From the human T2T-CHM13v2.0 reference genome, Homo sapiens: a DNA stretch of 64,000 bases. Shown piece after piece: positions 25,071-40,744 of this stretch (positions are counted from its first letter, which is position 1; every line of letters begins with the position of its first letter). Made by a program: the position numbers and the translations under genes. The DNA lies in NCBI RefSeq assembly GCF_009914755.1, contig NC_060929.1; one strand, 5' to 3'. The notes under the pieces were generated by a model, which saw only the letters and a program-made list of their open reading frames with translations, was not told the DNA's origin and ran no database searches.

Positions 25071-28000
25071 TATTGGCCCTTTTCTGTATGTACATTTACA
25101 ATGTCTAATATCTCTACTATTCACATGTTTTGCTTATTTAATAAAAATATAAAGTTTGTAAAATAAGAGTTGTTGCTAATAATGAAGCAATCCTCGTAAA
25201 ACAATCTAAAGATTAGAATTTCATTTTTTATGGAATATAAAGCATTCAGAAGCTTTATTTTTACAGCATGTTTTGCCTTTGGGGATCTTACATTGTTCTC
25301 ACACTGAAAGCAGCTAAAAGAATAATCTTCCTCTTGGTTCATATTTTCTTTATAAACTATGGCCTTTAAGTACTTAACATTCTTTAAACTTCGGTGCCCC
25401 TGTCATGTGTTAAATTATGTGAAGAGAACAATGGAGTTGAAGTGTTTTAACCACCTTAGTGAACTAAGCTCAGCCTCAGCAGGTTTTATTATGCATCCAT
25501 TAAACTTCAAGTAGGAATATATATATCAGCCTGTTTTAGTAAACCACTAATTCTCCACCAGTTTTCTCTAAGATATTTCCTCATTACATGTGTTATCATA
25601 ATGCTTAGCCTCAACAAAACATTTGCAACTTACTCATTTTACACTTATTTGTCAATAGTCATCTGTGGATAAAAACGACCCAGTGAAACATGAATTTTCA
25701 CTGTCTTATAAAGTTAGAAAGTTATTATTATTTATAACTTTACAGCTTTGGGTGAATATTATAGAAATAGTGATGAAATATATAATAATCTATTAAAAAA
25801 TTTATCCAATACATTATGCCACTTTATCAGTAATGATCAGTAGTTTAACAAGAATATAATCAATAACAAACTTGGATTAGTGACATTTTATATATATATA
25901 CTTATATTATTGTAACTATAATATATGTTATATATTATATATAATTCTATAATATATAGTTATATTATTGTATCTATAATAAACCATTAGATAAACATTA
26001 GACTAATAACACAGGCATGAAATATATGAATCCATAACTATCTATTCTTTCTCCAGCTTACAAAGATAAAGGACTTTTGTAGCTAAGTTGCTTCTCTAAA
26101 AATAAATTCAAGGTTAATCCTCCCTCTAGACGGATTAAAGAAAGGGCAACCTCTTCATGCTGGCACAGTTTTTCTGAACATGTTTGAAGATTTATAACTG
26201 GGAATCCTGCCCTAAGTAAACACGTTTGATATGTGAGCATGGACTCTTGGCTTTGGCACATTAGGCCCATCTGTTAGGTTGGCATCATTCCTACTTACAA
26301 TTTGGTTGGAATTCTGCCCCAGGAATTAGGTGCCAAATGGCAACATTTTAAATAAGACACAGCATATAATGCCTCCCTGATCTGGGTGGAATATTCCTTA
26401 AAATTGAATCCAAGCAATAGCCTAAAGCCTGCCTTTATCCTTCATCACAATAGTTGGGTGTGTGTTCAAGATGACACAATTAGCAGATTAATTATGCCAA
26501 CATCATACTTCTATCAGTCAGTACAATCTGCATATTTTATATGTGATTGCTGTTGAGGTTACAGCATTAGTATTGTTATTGCTATTGCTTTACATTTTAC
26601 ATAGTTAAAGCTTCTATATACACCTGTGTAAGCCTAATTTTTTTTCAATTAGGAAGTATCCAATGACACTTGCAAAGATATGATTTACCTCCTCACTCAC
26701 AAAAATTTCAAATCGAAGATATATATTCAAAGGCAAAATGCTTTTAAAAACATTGTAATAGAGTATTCAACCATAAGTGATTTTATTTTAATACATTGGC
26801 ACACAATAAAATACCAAGAGACTTTGAAGTATACATATAAATAGAATATGTATTTAAAGAAGAATTAAAAGCTAGTACTAATAGAAGGGAATAGAGAAAT
26901 TACCTCAAATTTTAGTTCTGCAATGCTTTCTACCAAATTTAGATTAAAAATTGTTCATTCATTCATTCATTCTTTCAAAAAAAATGCCTGAGTTATGAAT
27001 GATATCAGTCAAAAGAAATATGTTAGTAAGAAATCAAGGGACTTACTACAAAACATTATGTGCTAATATAACATAGAAGATATTAATCTGTATGCCAAAC
27101 TAATAACTGAAAAACTGTTACATTAATTAGCTATTAAACAGTGATTTAAGCGAGAGAAGTCATTTTATACTAAAAAAAGATTCTAAGTAGTGCCATCTTT
27201 TAATTAATAAGATATGGTCCAATTTAATGTCTTCAATTGGAGTATTGCTATTACTGTTTGATAAAATATTAAGCTAATTATTCACAGGTTTTCTTTATGT
27301 TCTTATTGGAATCATAAAAACTATAAATGTATTAAGGGTCCCTATCTTTGTAAATAATGTGGTTTTATTAGGAAACACCTTGCATTTCTTACACTAAAAC
27401 AGATAACTAAAATGCCTTGCTAGTATATTACCCTCATGAAACTGGCTGATAAACTGGGGAGTTATACTGGCAAATATACTGAAATCAAGGGCCTAAAGTG
27501 GCATATTTGGTTTCTTAATACTGTATCTATATTATCAACTTCATCCTTCAGCTTATGATTATATAGGTTATTTTCATCTAACAACATTTACACATTACAT
27601 TAAAGTGCATTATGTTAGCTTATTTCCACTGTTTTCAAACTATTTTAAATAAGAAAAATTTTAAATATGTTTCATAGTATATGCTCAATAAATATGACTA
27701 GAGTGAATTAACTAGGGTAAGAAAGAATATCAGTAAACGTTTAGTATAAATGTTACTTGAAGACAATTTTAATTGACTGTAAACCAAGAATATGAAGAGA
27801 AGAAATTACTATTTGCATTCATGCCAGAGTCAATCATGCATATTTGATAACCTAATAAATGAGGGAAGTATACGTACATATTCTTCCCCAAAGGTAAATT
27901 AGCAAATTAATGTGAAGGAATGTAATTTAGTCAGGCAGGAATCATAAACATTTACATTAATTCAACTTTCCTGTTTGGTCTAGAGACATAATTCCCTCTT

Positions 28001-28998
28001 GAGAAATAGACACATAACTCATCACATTCACTATACTTGCAGCAAAACAAATGCAAAATACATAGTACACTGTGGCACAGCTTCTAATGCAAAATGGGAC
28101 TGGGCTCAATGAAAAAAATGATTTTAGATGATAAATTAATAAGGAGGAGGACTAATCAAGGATACTGTTGATACAGCGCCGAGGAAGCATGTGAACTAAG
28201 TACTCATCTAAAATAATTAGTATCCTCTGTACTCCCTCTTGCTGAAGCTTCTTCAAATGGCAAAATTTAGTCACTTTTTTTTCTCTGACCCTAGCTTAAT
28301 AGGTGGCATCAAATTGCATCTGAGAGAATGTTTTAAAGTGAAGATAGCTTCATTGCTTCTACTTGGCTTTGGAAGTTGTATAGATCACTGACAAGCTACA
28401 AAGTAAAGGAAGTAGATGTCAGAAGAAAAGACAATGAATTCCTTTTTAGACATGTTAAATTCAAACTGTCTAGGGAGAGTCATGCTAGTGATGCCTGGCA
28501 AGAAGGTAGAAAAACAGATCTAAAGAATGTTTCTCCCTGCTTGTAGATCGACTACCAACTTCATATTGAGTATTCTAAATCTTTACCTTTAGCCCGTAAT
28601 ATTTTCTTGAACCATTTGTATGCTACATTCTCCATACAGGATTGGGAGAAATTGCTGGACTGAGTTAAAGTTGAACTGTAGTAGCATTTACAAGGAAAAC
28701 AAAGAAGTAAGTGGGAAGGGAGCTTAGCATACTATTGAAAAAGTAGTTGTCATACTAGACCATGGAGCTTTATGGTAGAAACAGGATCAAGGGGAAGCTT
28801 TGCTTTTTATTCTATGTTCCAGGTATGACTGCCTTTGCCACCTTTTATCTATTCCTAATATTACTGCCATGGTTGAGGCCATCGTCCTCTCTAGCCTGGA
28901 TTGTGTCCATTGATATCTATGTCAACAAATTCAACTGGTCTCAGTGCCACTATACAAATAGTTCCAAATGCATTCGGATTATGTTACTGTCCTGTTTA

Positions 28999-29403
<405 letters not shown>

Positions 29404-29669
29404 TTAGTCTTTCATATTTATGTATACAGTGGCATCAGAACACTGTCTCTGCTTCAAATGCCCTTCTTCTTTTGTCTGCCTTCTGCACTCCCATCAGTTT
29501 ACAACAGATCCCACTTTAGCAAAGTTAATTTTTTTTTTTTTACACTTTCTCAGTTCCAGAAGCATTGGTAAGTATCTGTATTACCCCATTCATTGCTCTG
29601 TGTGGCCATTATTTTTAACAGGATAGCAAAAAAGACCAAATTATTGCTTTCTTCCAGCTACCTTGCTGA

Positions 29670-29835
29670 ACCCTAATTTAAATAATAATCTTTAATCTTT
29701 GTAACATCATGAGTCAGGCACTACCATGTCCATTGTGCAGGTAAGGACACTAAGATTCCAAAAGATTAAGTAGCTTTACAAAAGTGCCACAAGTCCTATT
29801 TGACAATATGGAGGGCAGGACTCAGGCTTCCCAAT
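29670..29835 (-). mobile_element. MIR
   Basis: Core-like 'cattgtgcaggtaaggacactaagattccaaaagattaagtagc'. Confidence 0.6.
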
Positions 29836-30548
29836 GCCTTTCCAGGGTTCCCTTCTCGTGTTTCTTTCAAACTAAAGAGGAAGAGCACATTGAAGGCAGG
29901 AGATGCTTTTATTATCGTTAATGTTGTCAAGTATTTCCTGAAAGAAATTAATAGATTTTCAGTACTTCAGTAAATAATTTTTGGTTTATTCTAATCATTT
30001 AAATAAAAGTGGTAGGGAAGAAAAAAATAAGTAGCTTATGTACATGTGTATGCATGTACAAGTACACACACAGAGACACACACACACACACACAATTGAA
30101 ATTAAAAAAATAATTGAACCTAAAAAGGTTTACATAAACAATCTAATTAGACTGTTTGTTTTTAAAGTAATTAAAAAATAGAATGAAGACATTATCTCAG
30201 GAGATATACTTTATATGTAGGTATATTTGTTGGCAAGAACCACTGAGCACCTTCCATATAAAAAGAATGTACTTTGTGCAATCATAGAAAACAGAGAAGA
30301 GTGTTGTTTTTTACAGAGTTGAGAGTCTAGGTTTTAGAACATGTTTTCAGAATTTAAATTAAATGCCTGAATTCAATTATATTCAATTCAATTCAACTGC
30401 TGAATATTGTAAAGTGACTGTGTATAGACTTCCTGTATCTGTATCTGTACCATATCCATAACATATTGATTTATCTAAATCTTATTTCTACAATGATTAG
30501 TGCTCCCCATAATGTATACTATGTAACTATTTCTAATGAGAATTTTTT

Positions 30549-30650
30549 AATAGTATTAACAATGCACATGCATAAATAGGATGGTATTTAGAGAGACATA
30601 TTTACATATAATAGTATTAACAATGTACATGCATAAATAGGGTGGTTTTT
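30549..30650. repeat. Local direct duplication, ~41 bp, period 61
   Basis: 'aatagtattaacaatg(c/t)acatgcataaatagg(a/g)tggt' at 30549 and 30610. Confidence 0.9.
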
Positions 30651-30859
30651 GGAAAGACTGTTAGTAGAATCCAACTTATTAAGTTTGATAAAGAATAAAT
30701 CAATAGTTACTTAATGACTCAAGAGTACATGGGAATTGTTTTTTGAGGATGGACTAGGCAAACATTTATGTAAGTATCTGAATAAAATGGAGTAGGGTTT
30801 ATAAATGTATTCAGTAGTATCTGCAGTAATTCTTAATCTTGGTTGATGGCTAAGATAAC

Positions 30860-31223
30860 TAGCAGCTTGAGCTGCTATCACAAAATATCACAGACCGGAT
30901 GATTTAAACAGCAAAAATTTACATTCTCACAGTTCTGCAAGTTGGAGATCAGGATGCCAGCATGGTTGGGTTCTGATATGAGACCTCTTCCTGGCTTGTA
31001 GATGGCTGCCTGGCTGTGTGCTGTGTGTTCCCATGGCACAGGGAGAGAGAGCAAGCTCTCTGGTGTCTCTATTTTCAAGGCTTATCATGAGGGCTCCATT
31101 CTCATGACCACATCTAATTCTAATTGCCTCCCAAAGGCCTCATCTCCAAATACCATCACATTAGGATTAGAGCTTCAACATAGACATTTGAGGTAGGGGA
31201 CACAAATATTCAGTCCACAAGCA
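30860..31223 (-). mobile_element. MLT1A-type MaLR solo LTR
   Basis: 'gctgctatcacaaaatatcacagacc...ggggacacaaatattcagtccacaagca'. Confidence 0.88.
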
Positions 31224-31949
31224 ATTCCTGATCTGCCGTGGGAAGAAGCTTGCACAAGCCTCCATTACTGATATACTTCAATATATTTAGACACACTGTT
31301 TTCTTCCCCTTACTCTCAGTGATAAATATATCAAAATGATCAGATCATAGATATATGTTTAGTTGTCAAAATTTATATTCTTATGTTTATTGTCATGTTT
31401 CCTTCATCACCACTATTGATGGATAAATTAATTAAAATAAATATTCCTATTAATTAAGTGAAAATAATTCCCCTATACCAGTTACAAAATTTATAATCAC
31501 TTCAGTATTGTTTCTATAACACCTGGACTATAAATCATGTAAGGATCTTTGTATCCTTTATAGATACCTAGCCATAATCCTGGTAATCATCAGGCTTTTT
31601 GGTTTCATTTTTTATTTATCTGTCTTATTAAAACTATACTTTGCTTTCTTCCATCTTATTTACAAGTGAGTTTCTTTTTCAAGGCATCATTTTGCTACTT
31701 CTATAGACAGCTTTTCCCAATATGATGTGCCGTTGGCCTTCCATTCATTGTCTGGTCTATAAATAACAAGTTGCTTAATATGGTCTCTGAAGATATCTTC
31801 TCTATTTCACTTTTTTATAATTTATTATATGCCCATAAAATACTTCCCTGGAGTACCCAACTCAAAACTCCTGCCAATGCATCTTCCATGATCATCAGAG
31901 GTGATGTAAATAGAAAACACAATAACCTGATTGATTATGTAAACTGAAA

Positions 31950-32570
31950 TATTATAGTCACCTCAAATTTATCATGTCCAAAATGAAATTGATGATCTTC
32001 CAGACCCACACCTCCTTTATCTCCAGTGCTCCCTATCTCATTTCACAGGATAGAAAATGGAGAATAATGATTGATGCATCTTTCTTGCTTACTCACCACC
32101 ACCACCACCCATTCACCAAGTCTTTGCTGATTCAACCTCCTGAGTATCTTTTGAGTCTGTTCATTTTTTCCTGTTCCACTTTTTTTCCTGTTCCAATGAC
32201 ATGTCCTTTTCTAATTCACATTAACTATTGCGATAACTTTTTAACCAATTTCTCCATAGTCACTTTTGCTTCTCAATAATTTATTTTCCACAACATGTAC
32301 TTCACTCATTTATACAAAATGCCTGTGACAAGCCACCATGGTGGAGAAGCTGGAGCCAGACTGCACGGTTTGAGATCAAGCTCTGTCACTTACCTGCCTC
32401 ATAATCATTGGCAAGCGGCTTTACCTCTTAATGCCTCAATTTGCCCCCCTAACAGTGGAAGTAATAATAATTCATCAACAGAGTTGTTGTAAAGAAAAAT
32501 TAACACTGAGTGGAAACACTTAGCATGGTTCCTGAGTATATTCAATTCCCGATACATATTAGCTAGCATT
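31950..32570 (+). mobile_element. L2 fragment followed by MIR
   Basis: 'cacctcaaatttatcatgtccaaaatgaaattgatgatctt' (L2) and 'gctctgtcacttacc...ttacctcttaatgcctcaattt' (MIR). Confidence 0.7.
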
Positions 32571-33689
32571 ATTTCATGGAGTCCATGTGTTTGGATTTAA
32601 AGCCAACATATAGAAAGCTCTAGGCTAGGACATGTAGTTTAGCAAGCTGGGCAGGATGGCTCCTCCTTCCCCCGGGATGATTGGGACCCAAGGCATTCCT
32701 GGACTCTTGAACCAAGCTGTTCTAGACTTACCCAGAAGGCCTCAGCTGTCATAGGTAATAGATTAGACAGTGTATGCCCACTGGCTTCTCTTAAAAATGA
32801 CCCTTCTCTGCCAGCCTCAAGTCCACATGGTCCTGTGCCCCCAGGGTGACACTCAGCCACTTCTAACCAGCTTCTAATACCTCTTGGCCTGCTTGAGATT
32901 AGCCCGACAGCTCTCATGCACTAAACAGTATGAGTTTCTGATAGAATAGGTAGACTGCTGTCTTTTGATTGAGAGCAGTAGATACAGTGGTATTTGTTAG
33001 CTTGCTCAAGATTGATCCTCAACTGGTTAGATTCCCAGGAAAAGTGTAGGCCTTTAGTAATGCTCCACGGGAAAATACTAATGACCTTGGGTTTAACACA
33101 ATCAATCTTGGCCAAACCTCAAGCACACCAGACCCGATAATGCCAGAGGAGAGGTTCAGGCTTCTCCCATCATAAATAACCACAAAGCAAACACTTTCGC
33201 TGGCTGGCCAGATCACGTACCTGTGCCAAAAAGGTTGGTTCCCAGTGTCTTATGCCAAAGGAGGCGGGTTCTATGCCTGACCTCTAATCCTGGGCTGCTG
33301 GGATAGTTAGGCAAATAAGGTATTAATATTTGCGTTGTAGTTTTTCAGTAGATAATTTTCTGTGTACAATATTTTTAGACAATATGTAACAACAAGCATT
33401 CCCTTCCCACAAACAAGTCTTATACTCTTATATTATCCATATGCTAATGTTCCTATGAAGAAATATACATAAAGGAAATGCAAAGGGAAGTAAAAACAAG
33501 AACATGTGGTAAATTTTTATAAAATCCCTTATTCTCATCTTACTAACTGGTAAGTGAAGTGACTACATAGGTAATCTGTATTCTTTTCCTTTTAGGATAA
33601 CTGATCTAGGATTACTCTTTAATTGGTTGTACTCCTTTAACATGTATTTGTTTTACTTCCACAAAGACAAGAGTATCCATTTCCATAGA

Positions 33690-33872
33690 GGAGTGTTTTC
33701 AACTCTACTTCCACATTACAATCAACCGGGAAGATTTTGAAATGCATTGATGTCTCTGCCTTACTCTCAGAGATTCTGAATTAATTTGTCTGGGGCAGGG
33801 TGAGGGCAAAGGTACTTTTTATATTGGTCCTTATGTGGTTCCACTGTGCAAAAAAAGGATTGAGAATTGCTT
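33690..33872. mobile_element. MER5-type hAT-Charlie fossil
   Basis: 'cagagattctgaattaatttgtctggggcagg...ttgagaattgct'. Confidence 0.75.
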
Positions 33873-35671
33873 CACAGAGTTTGGGACTCCTGGGGTGAAA
33901 TGTGAGCACATTTAATTACCATTTTTCATTATAGCAAATATTGAAAGCTTCTATGTCCTTTCATATTATGAGTATTATGTATCCAGAAAAAGATATGTAA
34001 GAGCTTCAGTAGTATAAAATGCAAAATAATTTTGTGTCCTCAGGATGAAATAGCTTGGTGAGATTGTAGCTTTCAATGGAGCTACATTTTTTAATTAGAT
34101 GAAGACTATTTTATTTAATATGATCACCTTAATGTCTTCTAAAGAATCACTATTTGTGTTAAAGCAGTTCAAAAGTTCAAGAAGACTTACTAGAATCTGG
34201 GACAGAGAAAATAAATACACATCTAAAGCTAAAAGCCAGCAAAATTGACACAATTCCATAGTACACAATGCAAAGAAAAGGAGTAGACAGAAAAAGCTTT
34301 CTAGCATCTTTTAAATGACACCATTGACAGAGAAATGTTTCATATCTGAATTTTTTGAGGAGAGTGAATTTATTTTAATGTGGCAGTTCTACTTTTGAAT
34401 TGAAGAAAAAAGTACCCTTTTTATACCATTATCATTTGGCTTTGGAGAGGCAGTGCTAAAATTTGATAAATTTTAGCTTTCAAATCTGAACATCTAACTT
34501 TGGCACAAAAAGCAAAGCATGAGCATGCAGTACTGGCATTAGAGCACACAAAGCCCCAATTCTGGTGCCAACAGCAAGAGCACATTTCAAGTCCTATCCT
34601 GGAAGCTGGCACATAATTTCATAAATTCATTGCCCTCCATCTGTGTATTGTTGCTCAGCTCCCCACTCAAGCAATAGGTAGAGCCTCAATGACACAGATG
34701 ATGTTCTACGTTCTCCTATAATTTATGACTCTTTGAATTTTCAGAACAAAGTCCATATTCAGTAAGGACCTATCAGAGTTTGCTTTCTTTTTCTCATTAT
34801 GCTTGACTTTTTCTTTTATCTTGGGACTCAGCTTTCACTTAGAGTTGGAAATAAATCTTTTTCTTCTTCTTCTTCTCAGCTTGCCCTTGACTGCTATGGA
34901 AACCAAAAAAAGAGCTTTAGAAATCCCGGAAAATTGATTTTTTTTTTCCCTTGGATAGAGGCTGGGAGAGTTTACTGAAGGTCTTTTAAACTCTAATGTA
35001 GGCTTAAATGTCTGAAAAGGAAAGAAAATGTGTGCTCCATTGAATTGAATCCAAATTGTTTTAGCTGTTATACACAGGAAATAAGAAAAAAAAGAGCAAG
35101 AAGCTGACAACATTTGTCTCTCAAGTGTCATTATAAATATCCTACACTAATTGCAACCTGCAAAAAGAAACAAATGAAATTCAGAAAGACACAAGATGTG
35201 ATCTCAATTAAAAGGAAAAGGACAATTCACTTGACATCTTTCCAATTCACAGGTAAATTGTTGCCCTTTTCTCAGAAAATGCTCGCTTTCAAAGTCAAGC
35301 ACCAGCTTTTTCATTTATTTCACCTACTATGAAATGTTACGAAGTCATTTTTCTGATGGTTAATACCACCGCAGTTGTTCCCATATTCCACTATGAAAAA
35401 GAGTTCAGTTTAGAGAAATTATTTGGGAAATATGAATAATTTAAGAAAATGCTTGTTTCTGTTTTGAAAATATCATGTCCAGTGGCCATGAGCCAACATT
35501 CTCTGCCTTGCATATTTTACAGAAAGCTTCTTGTACTGTTTGCCTATCTGCTTAATAAACCACGTGGTCATCACTGATTTGAAAATAATTTGTTGTTAGA
35601 ATCAAGATAAATAAGCACACAGCAGCATTTTATAAAAATGAAGTAACTTTTTAACATAAAATTTCCATTTT

Positions 35672-35826
35672 TTCCTTCAACTTTTATTTTAAGTTCTGGG
35701 GTACACGTGTAGGGTGTGCAGGTTTGTTACACAGGTAAACATGTGCTACGGTGGTTTGCTGCACAGATCAACCCATCACCCAGGAATTAAGCCCAGCGTC
35801 AATTAGCTATTCTTCCTGATGCTGTC
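35672..35826 (-). mobile_element. Severely 5'-truncated L1PA (3' UTR only, ~155 bp)
   Basis: L1PA 3'-end text with TSD taaaatttccatttt at 35657 and 35827. Confidence 0.92.
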
Positions 35827-35954
35827 TAAAATTTCCATTTTTATTAATATCTTTTATTTCTAGAGATATATAGGCTTCAAAGTTTCCTTTAGTAATTACT
35901 ACCATCTCTTTTAAAAATAAGAGATAAAAATTTTATTTTCAGATACATTAGATA

Positions 35955-36089
35955 ATAGTCATCACCATCATCATTACTATAGTCATCACCATCATTACTA
36001 TCCTTATCACCATCATTACTATCCTTGTCACCGTCATCATTATTATCCTTATCACTGTCATCATTACTATCCTCATCACCATCATCATA
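35955..36089. repeat. (CAT)n-derived minisatellite, 21-24 bp unit, ~6 copies
   Basis: '...tcaccatcattactat' units visible. Confidence 0.9.
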
Positions 36090-36566
36090 TATAACAAGTC
36101 AGATGACTAATTGATTTGTCATATGATATCATATGACTAATTGATTTATGTTTGTTAGCACGTTTAAGTCTTATATGCTAGAGTTATTCTACAGTTGTTA
36201 TTATCACTTTAGAGAATAGATAACTGAAACTCAGGGAAATGATACTAGCTGGTAGCAGTGCTGAGGCTTTTTGTCTAGTGTTTTTTGACCGTTACCCATA
36301 GCCTTACTCCTAGATGTGACTATAAAATAATTGAAGGATTATTCACTCACTTACTAAAGATCTACTAGGTGCTGCCCTATATTGAGTATAGAGTATTGAA
36401 AAGACACAGGTGAAATTTATGTGCAGTAAGCCATTGCTATGACAGATACAGGAGAGAAAGCCATACTCAGATATTTATTTTCTAAAGATCATTCTGGCAA
36501 CTTTGTGGAGAACATTTTGAGAGGGCTATGAGAGAAGAAAGTGTTATTAGTTAGAAGACTGTGGCA

Positions 36567-36883
<317 letters not shown>

Positions 36884-38019
36884 TCATAGTTGTCAACATG
36901 AAAGTGAAAGAAGTAGTGATTAGAAGCATTGGCACTCTGGAGAGGGGAAGAGGGAGGAAAATTTTTTGAAAGGTATAGAAGTGGTATAGGGAGGGGGAGG
37001 GTTGGTGAGGATAAAGGAATCCAGAATAATTACTAGGATCTTCCTTGAGCAACTGTTCAGTGGTTAGAAGAATTTATAGTCTGAAGACTAGAGGTAGATT
37101 ATGGATCAACAGTTCTCTATTGGATGAGTTTCATATAATCTATACATTTTTCCTTGTAGAGATGTCAATTAAATTGCTTAAGTGAACATGGAAATCAGAC
37201 AATCGGCAATGCCTTGACGCATTGTTCTGCAGAATATGGAACAATGGGAGACTTTCTTTGGATTTGGCAAGATGGAACATGACAAGAGTATGCTTTAAGA
37301 AGCAGTGGGTGGAGAATCTTGATCAGAGTAGCACATTTGTGACCGAGATTCAAGAGAATGGAGACTAGTAAGAGTTATTTCTAGAAATGTGCCTGCAATG
37401 GGAAGCAAAGAAAGAAAAAAAGTAACTAAAGGATGTCGGGAGTATATCTTGTTTCTTTTAAGATGGGAGACATAAGAACGTTCACATGCTAATGAAAGCA
37501 GGTTCAGTAGAGCGGGAGAGATAGTGCAGCACATGGAAAGTTCCTAAAGGAGAAGGGCCCTTGAGAACAAGACGGGTGATGGGATTCAGAAGACTGACTC
37601 CACACAGGGCTTGTGACACAAGGAGAAATTCTACCTCCTGAGTAAGAGAAGAACAATGCAGGGAGAGGTGCAGAAGCATGTAAGTTTGAGGCTTTGGCGA
37701 TATGAGCATGAGGAAAGCTTCTATTTTGTCAACAGATAGCATTTAATAACCAATCTTCCTTAAGCCTTGCCATGTCCCAGGCATGTTCTCATGCACTTTC
37801 CATGCCTTATCCACTTAATGAGGAAGGTGATATTGATAACTTCCTTGCATTGGTGAAGAAACAGGCACCGAAAAGATACATTTTTTTTGTAAGATGAACG
37901 AAATGGGTATCAGCTGAAGCTCTGTAACTTTAGTTTACGCTTTTAAGCATTAAGCTGCTGGACCTCCTGAAAACACGTGAAATACAGCTGAGTGGAGAGA
38001 CCAAAGAGAGAGATTACTA

Positions 38020-38290
38020 TATTTTTAAATTGCTATAATATTTTAGTTGTACATATTTTAGAGATAGGTTTAATATTTGATACATGTATACAATGTGTAA
38101 TTAATTGTAATTAGGATAGATATCATCTCAAACATTTATCTTTTTTGTCTTAAAAACATTAAAATTCTTCTCTTCCAGCTGTTTTGAAAATGCAATAAAT
38201 TATTTTTAACAATAACTTCTCCACTGCACTACTTAATACTAGATCTTATCCTTTCTATTTCACTGTATTTCTGCACTCATTAAGCAACTT
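38020..38290 (-). mobile_element. L1MA-type 3'-end fragment
   Basis: 'tagttgtacatattt...tttgatacatgtatacaatgtgtaat...catctcaaacatttatc'. Confidence 0.8.
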
Positions 38291-38879
38291 AAGAGCTAGA
38301 TCTTTAAGTGGTAGAAAGAGATTAAAAAAATAAACGAAATTATCATGTATGTGATTTGGAAATCAAGTTTACTGGAAAACAGCAAGAATTTTAATTGAAA
38401 TCAGTTAATAGTTAATTTAGTTGTATGATTATTACATCCACACACACATACCTACATATATATATAACATATTTTTCCAACAGGGAGATATTATTTGTAA
38501 GCATGATAGCAAACATTAGTTGATCTCCACCTATTTTACAATATATGACTGAGAAATTGTACAGGTTTTCCTCATATTGGATGATTTTTATTGATTTTTA
38601 GTGTTATCCACCAATGTTCAAGCAAGTCATCAGTTTGGATATTTTTTATTTTTTTTTCCCTTGGATATTTTGTCTGAAATTAAATCTAGATTCTATCATC
38701 TGGATATCTCTACGTCTAAGAGATTTGGGGAAAGAAACTTTACATCTTAAGGATGTTTTCTCAAAATGGGTTATTAATGGAATTTCATTACTTGGCTACT
38801 GTGAGGCTTCAATGACAGACATTAATGACAGGAACAAATGCCCATATTGTTATTGTTGATATTATAATAAGACATCTAT

Positions 38880-39570
38880 TTTTCTTCCTGCATCAATTTT
38901 GCCACTCTCCAATCCATTTTGCTCACCTTAGTCAAAGTTATATTTTACAAATTCACACTGATTATATCTCTCCGATGCCTAAAACAATTTAGTAGCTTCC
39001 CATTGCTCTAAAAATAGAAACTGAAATACAATTGCCTCTCAGACTCTACATCAGAGTATGACCTATGTCACAGACCCTAACTCTGTGCCTTAGTTTTCAC
39101 AGCAATCTTTCTTAAGTCCCTAGATGCTTCAGTTTCCTTTCTACCCCAGGGCCTTTGCACATTCTGTTCCCTCAGTTTGGAATGTTTTAAAAATTCCCAG
39201 ACCCCAGCTCTCACACCCATCACTGTACCAAGATTTCTAGTCCAATCTTTGGATGACTTATACCTGTTTATTCTTATCATCTCATATTAAATGTCATTCT
39301 ATTTAACAAGCATTCTATGTGCCCCAGAGTAAGGTGTTGTTTTACTTGGCTTATGAAATCTCAGCACCTCATCTTTTGTAAATTTCAGCATTACTTACAT
39401 TTGTTTTCAAAGCATTAAAGAATTAATTGTAGTCTCTCCTGAAAAATAAATATAAATAAATAAATAAATAAATAAATACACAAGCACAATTAGGCCAAGA
39501 ACTATGCCTACCTGATTGTGCTTTGCATCTAGTAGAGTCTCAATAAATTAATCATAAGTGAATGAGTAAA
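38880..39570 (+). mobile_element. L2 fragments with (TAAA)n at ~39446-39478
   Basis: 'cagggcctttgcacattctgttccctcagtttggaatg' is typical L2. Confidence 0.7.
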
Positions 39571-40744
39571 TATAGACATTTAAGGCTAACACACTCAAAA
39601 TCTGTTTGAACATTTCATTTATGCTATTATTGACAATCTGTACAATTTCTTTGAAAGCATCTAAACATCCCTATGTATATACCAAAAAGAGATTGGGATC
39701 TCTAAGAAACACTTTTATAAAATTCAGTTTAAACCAGATAAAGTACATGTATATAAGTGATTACTGAATTTGAGACATTTACAAAATATGATGGAAAACA
39801 TAATATTTAAGAAACAAGGACAGAACATAACCCTACTCATGTTATTATCATAATCCTGGCAATACACAGTCATTGAATGCTCTCCCTGGGCCAAATGGTG
39901 TGCACAAGGATACCAAACCTAGAAAGGCCAAGTTCCCGTGTTATTCTGCTGATAAATTACAAGGAATGGGTTAAAAGCCAGGTATGTCTGATTTAGTAAT
40001 CTGTTCCCCAACCACTACACCCAACTACCTCAACTCAGGCTCAATTCTACAGATACCGGCAGAAGAGAGAAAGCAAAGTCAATGTTGAATGAGATTATTC
40101 AGACTTATCTATTGAGAAAGAAATTATTTCAGATGGCTTTGAAAAGGAGGTAAAAATGTATTGAGTGAATAAAACAGTCAGAATGCAGTGAAGCAAGTAA
40201 TTATTAATGTGGGCCTCTCACTATCAAAGGTAGTTAGGTCTCTACAGTAAGAGTTCTGGAGCAGCACAGATTTGAGACATCTTGGGGTTTGAATTTAATC
40301 TAAGGAATTCCCTAGTGTTTTACAAAATATTGTAAAGGCTGAAACATTTCTCTTATTTTACAGTAGAATCACTGAAGACACTTCTGAGTTTTCAGCTTCT
40401 TTCCCGGCATATTTTAGACCAATTCAATATAAACCAGGCTTTTCAGAACCAAGAATCATCAATTCAGATCTGCTAAGTTGAACAAATAAAACTTCAGGGA
40501 AAGAGGGGATTCAATGAAGAATTTAACTTTGAATGTTCTTTCACAAATAATTGTAATAATTCCAACAATAATGACAATAATGACAATGAAAATTAATATA
40601 AAAATATATCCAAAGCAAAACTGATGGCAATGTGTTAAACTGAGATAAGAATCAAATTTATTTAAACACAAATTATTGTACCACATTAAATGTCAAAATG
40701 GAGTAAACTTAGTAAGTAGGGTTATCTATTGATAACCCTAGTAA

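Noticed and set aside
25888-25980. TA-rich quasi-palindrome with a short direct repeat
   Set aside because: Ordinary low-complexity slippage.
35130-35185. Strong minus-strand acceptor (tttgtttctttttgcag|GTTGCA)
   Set aside because: All frames close quickly or look non-coding, and no partner exon is identifiable without transcript data.
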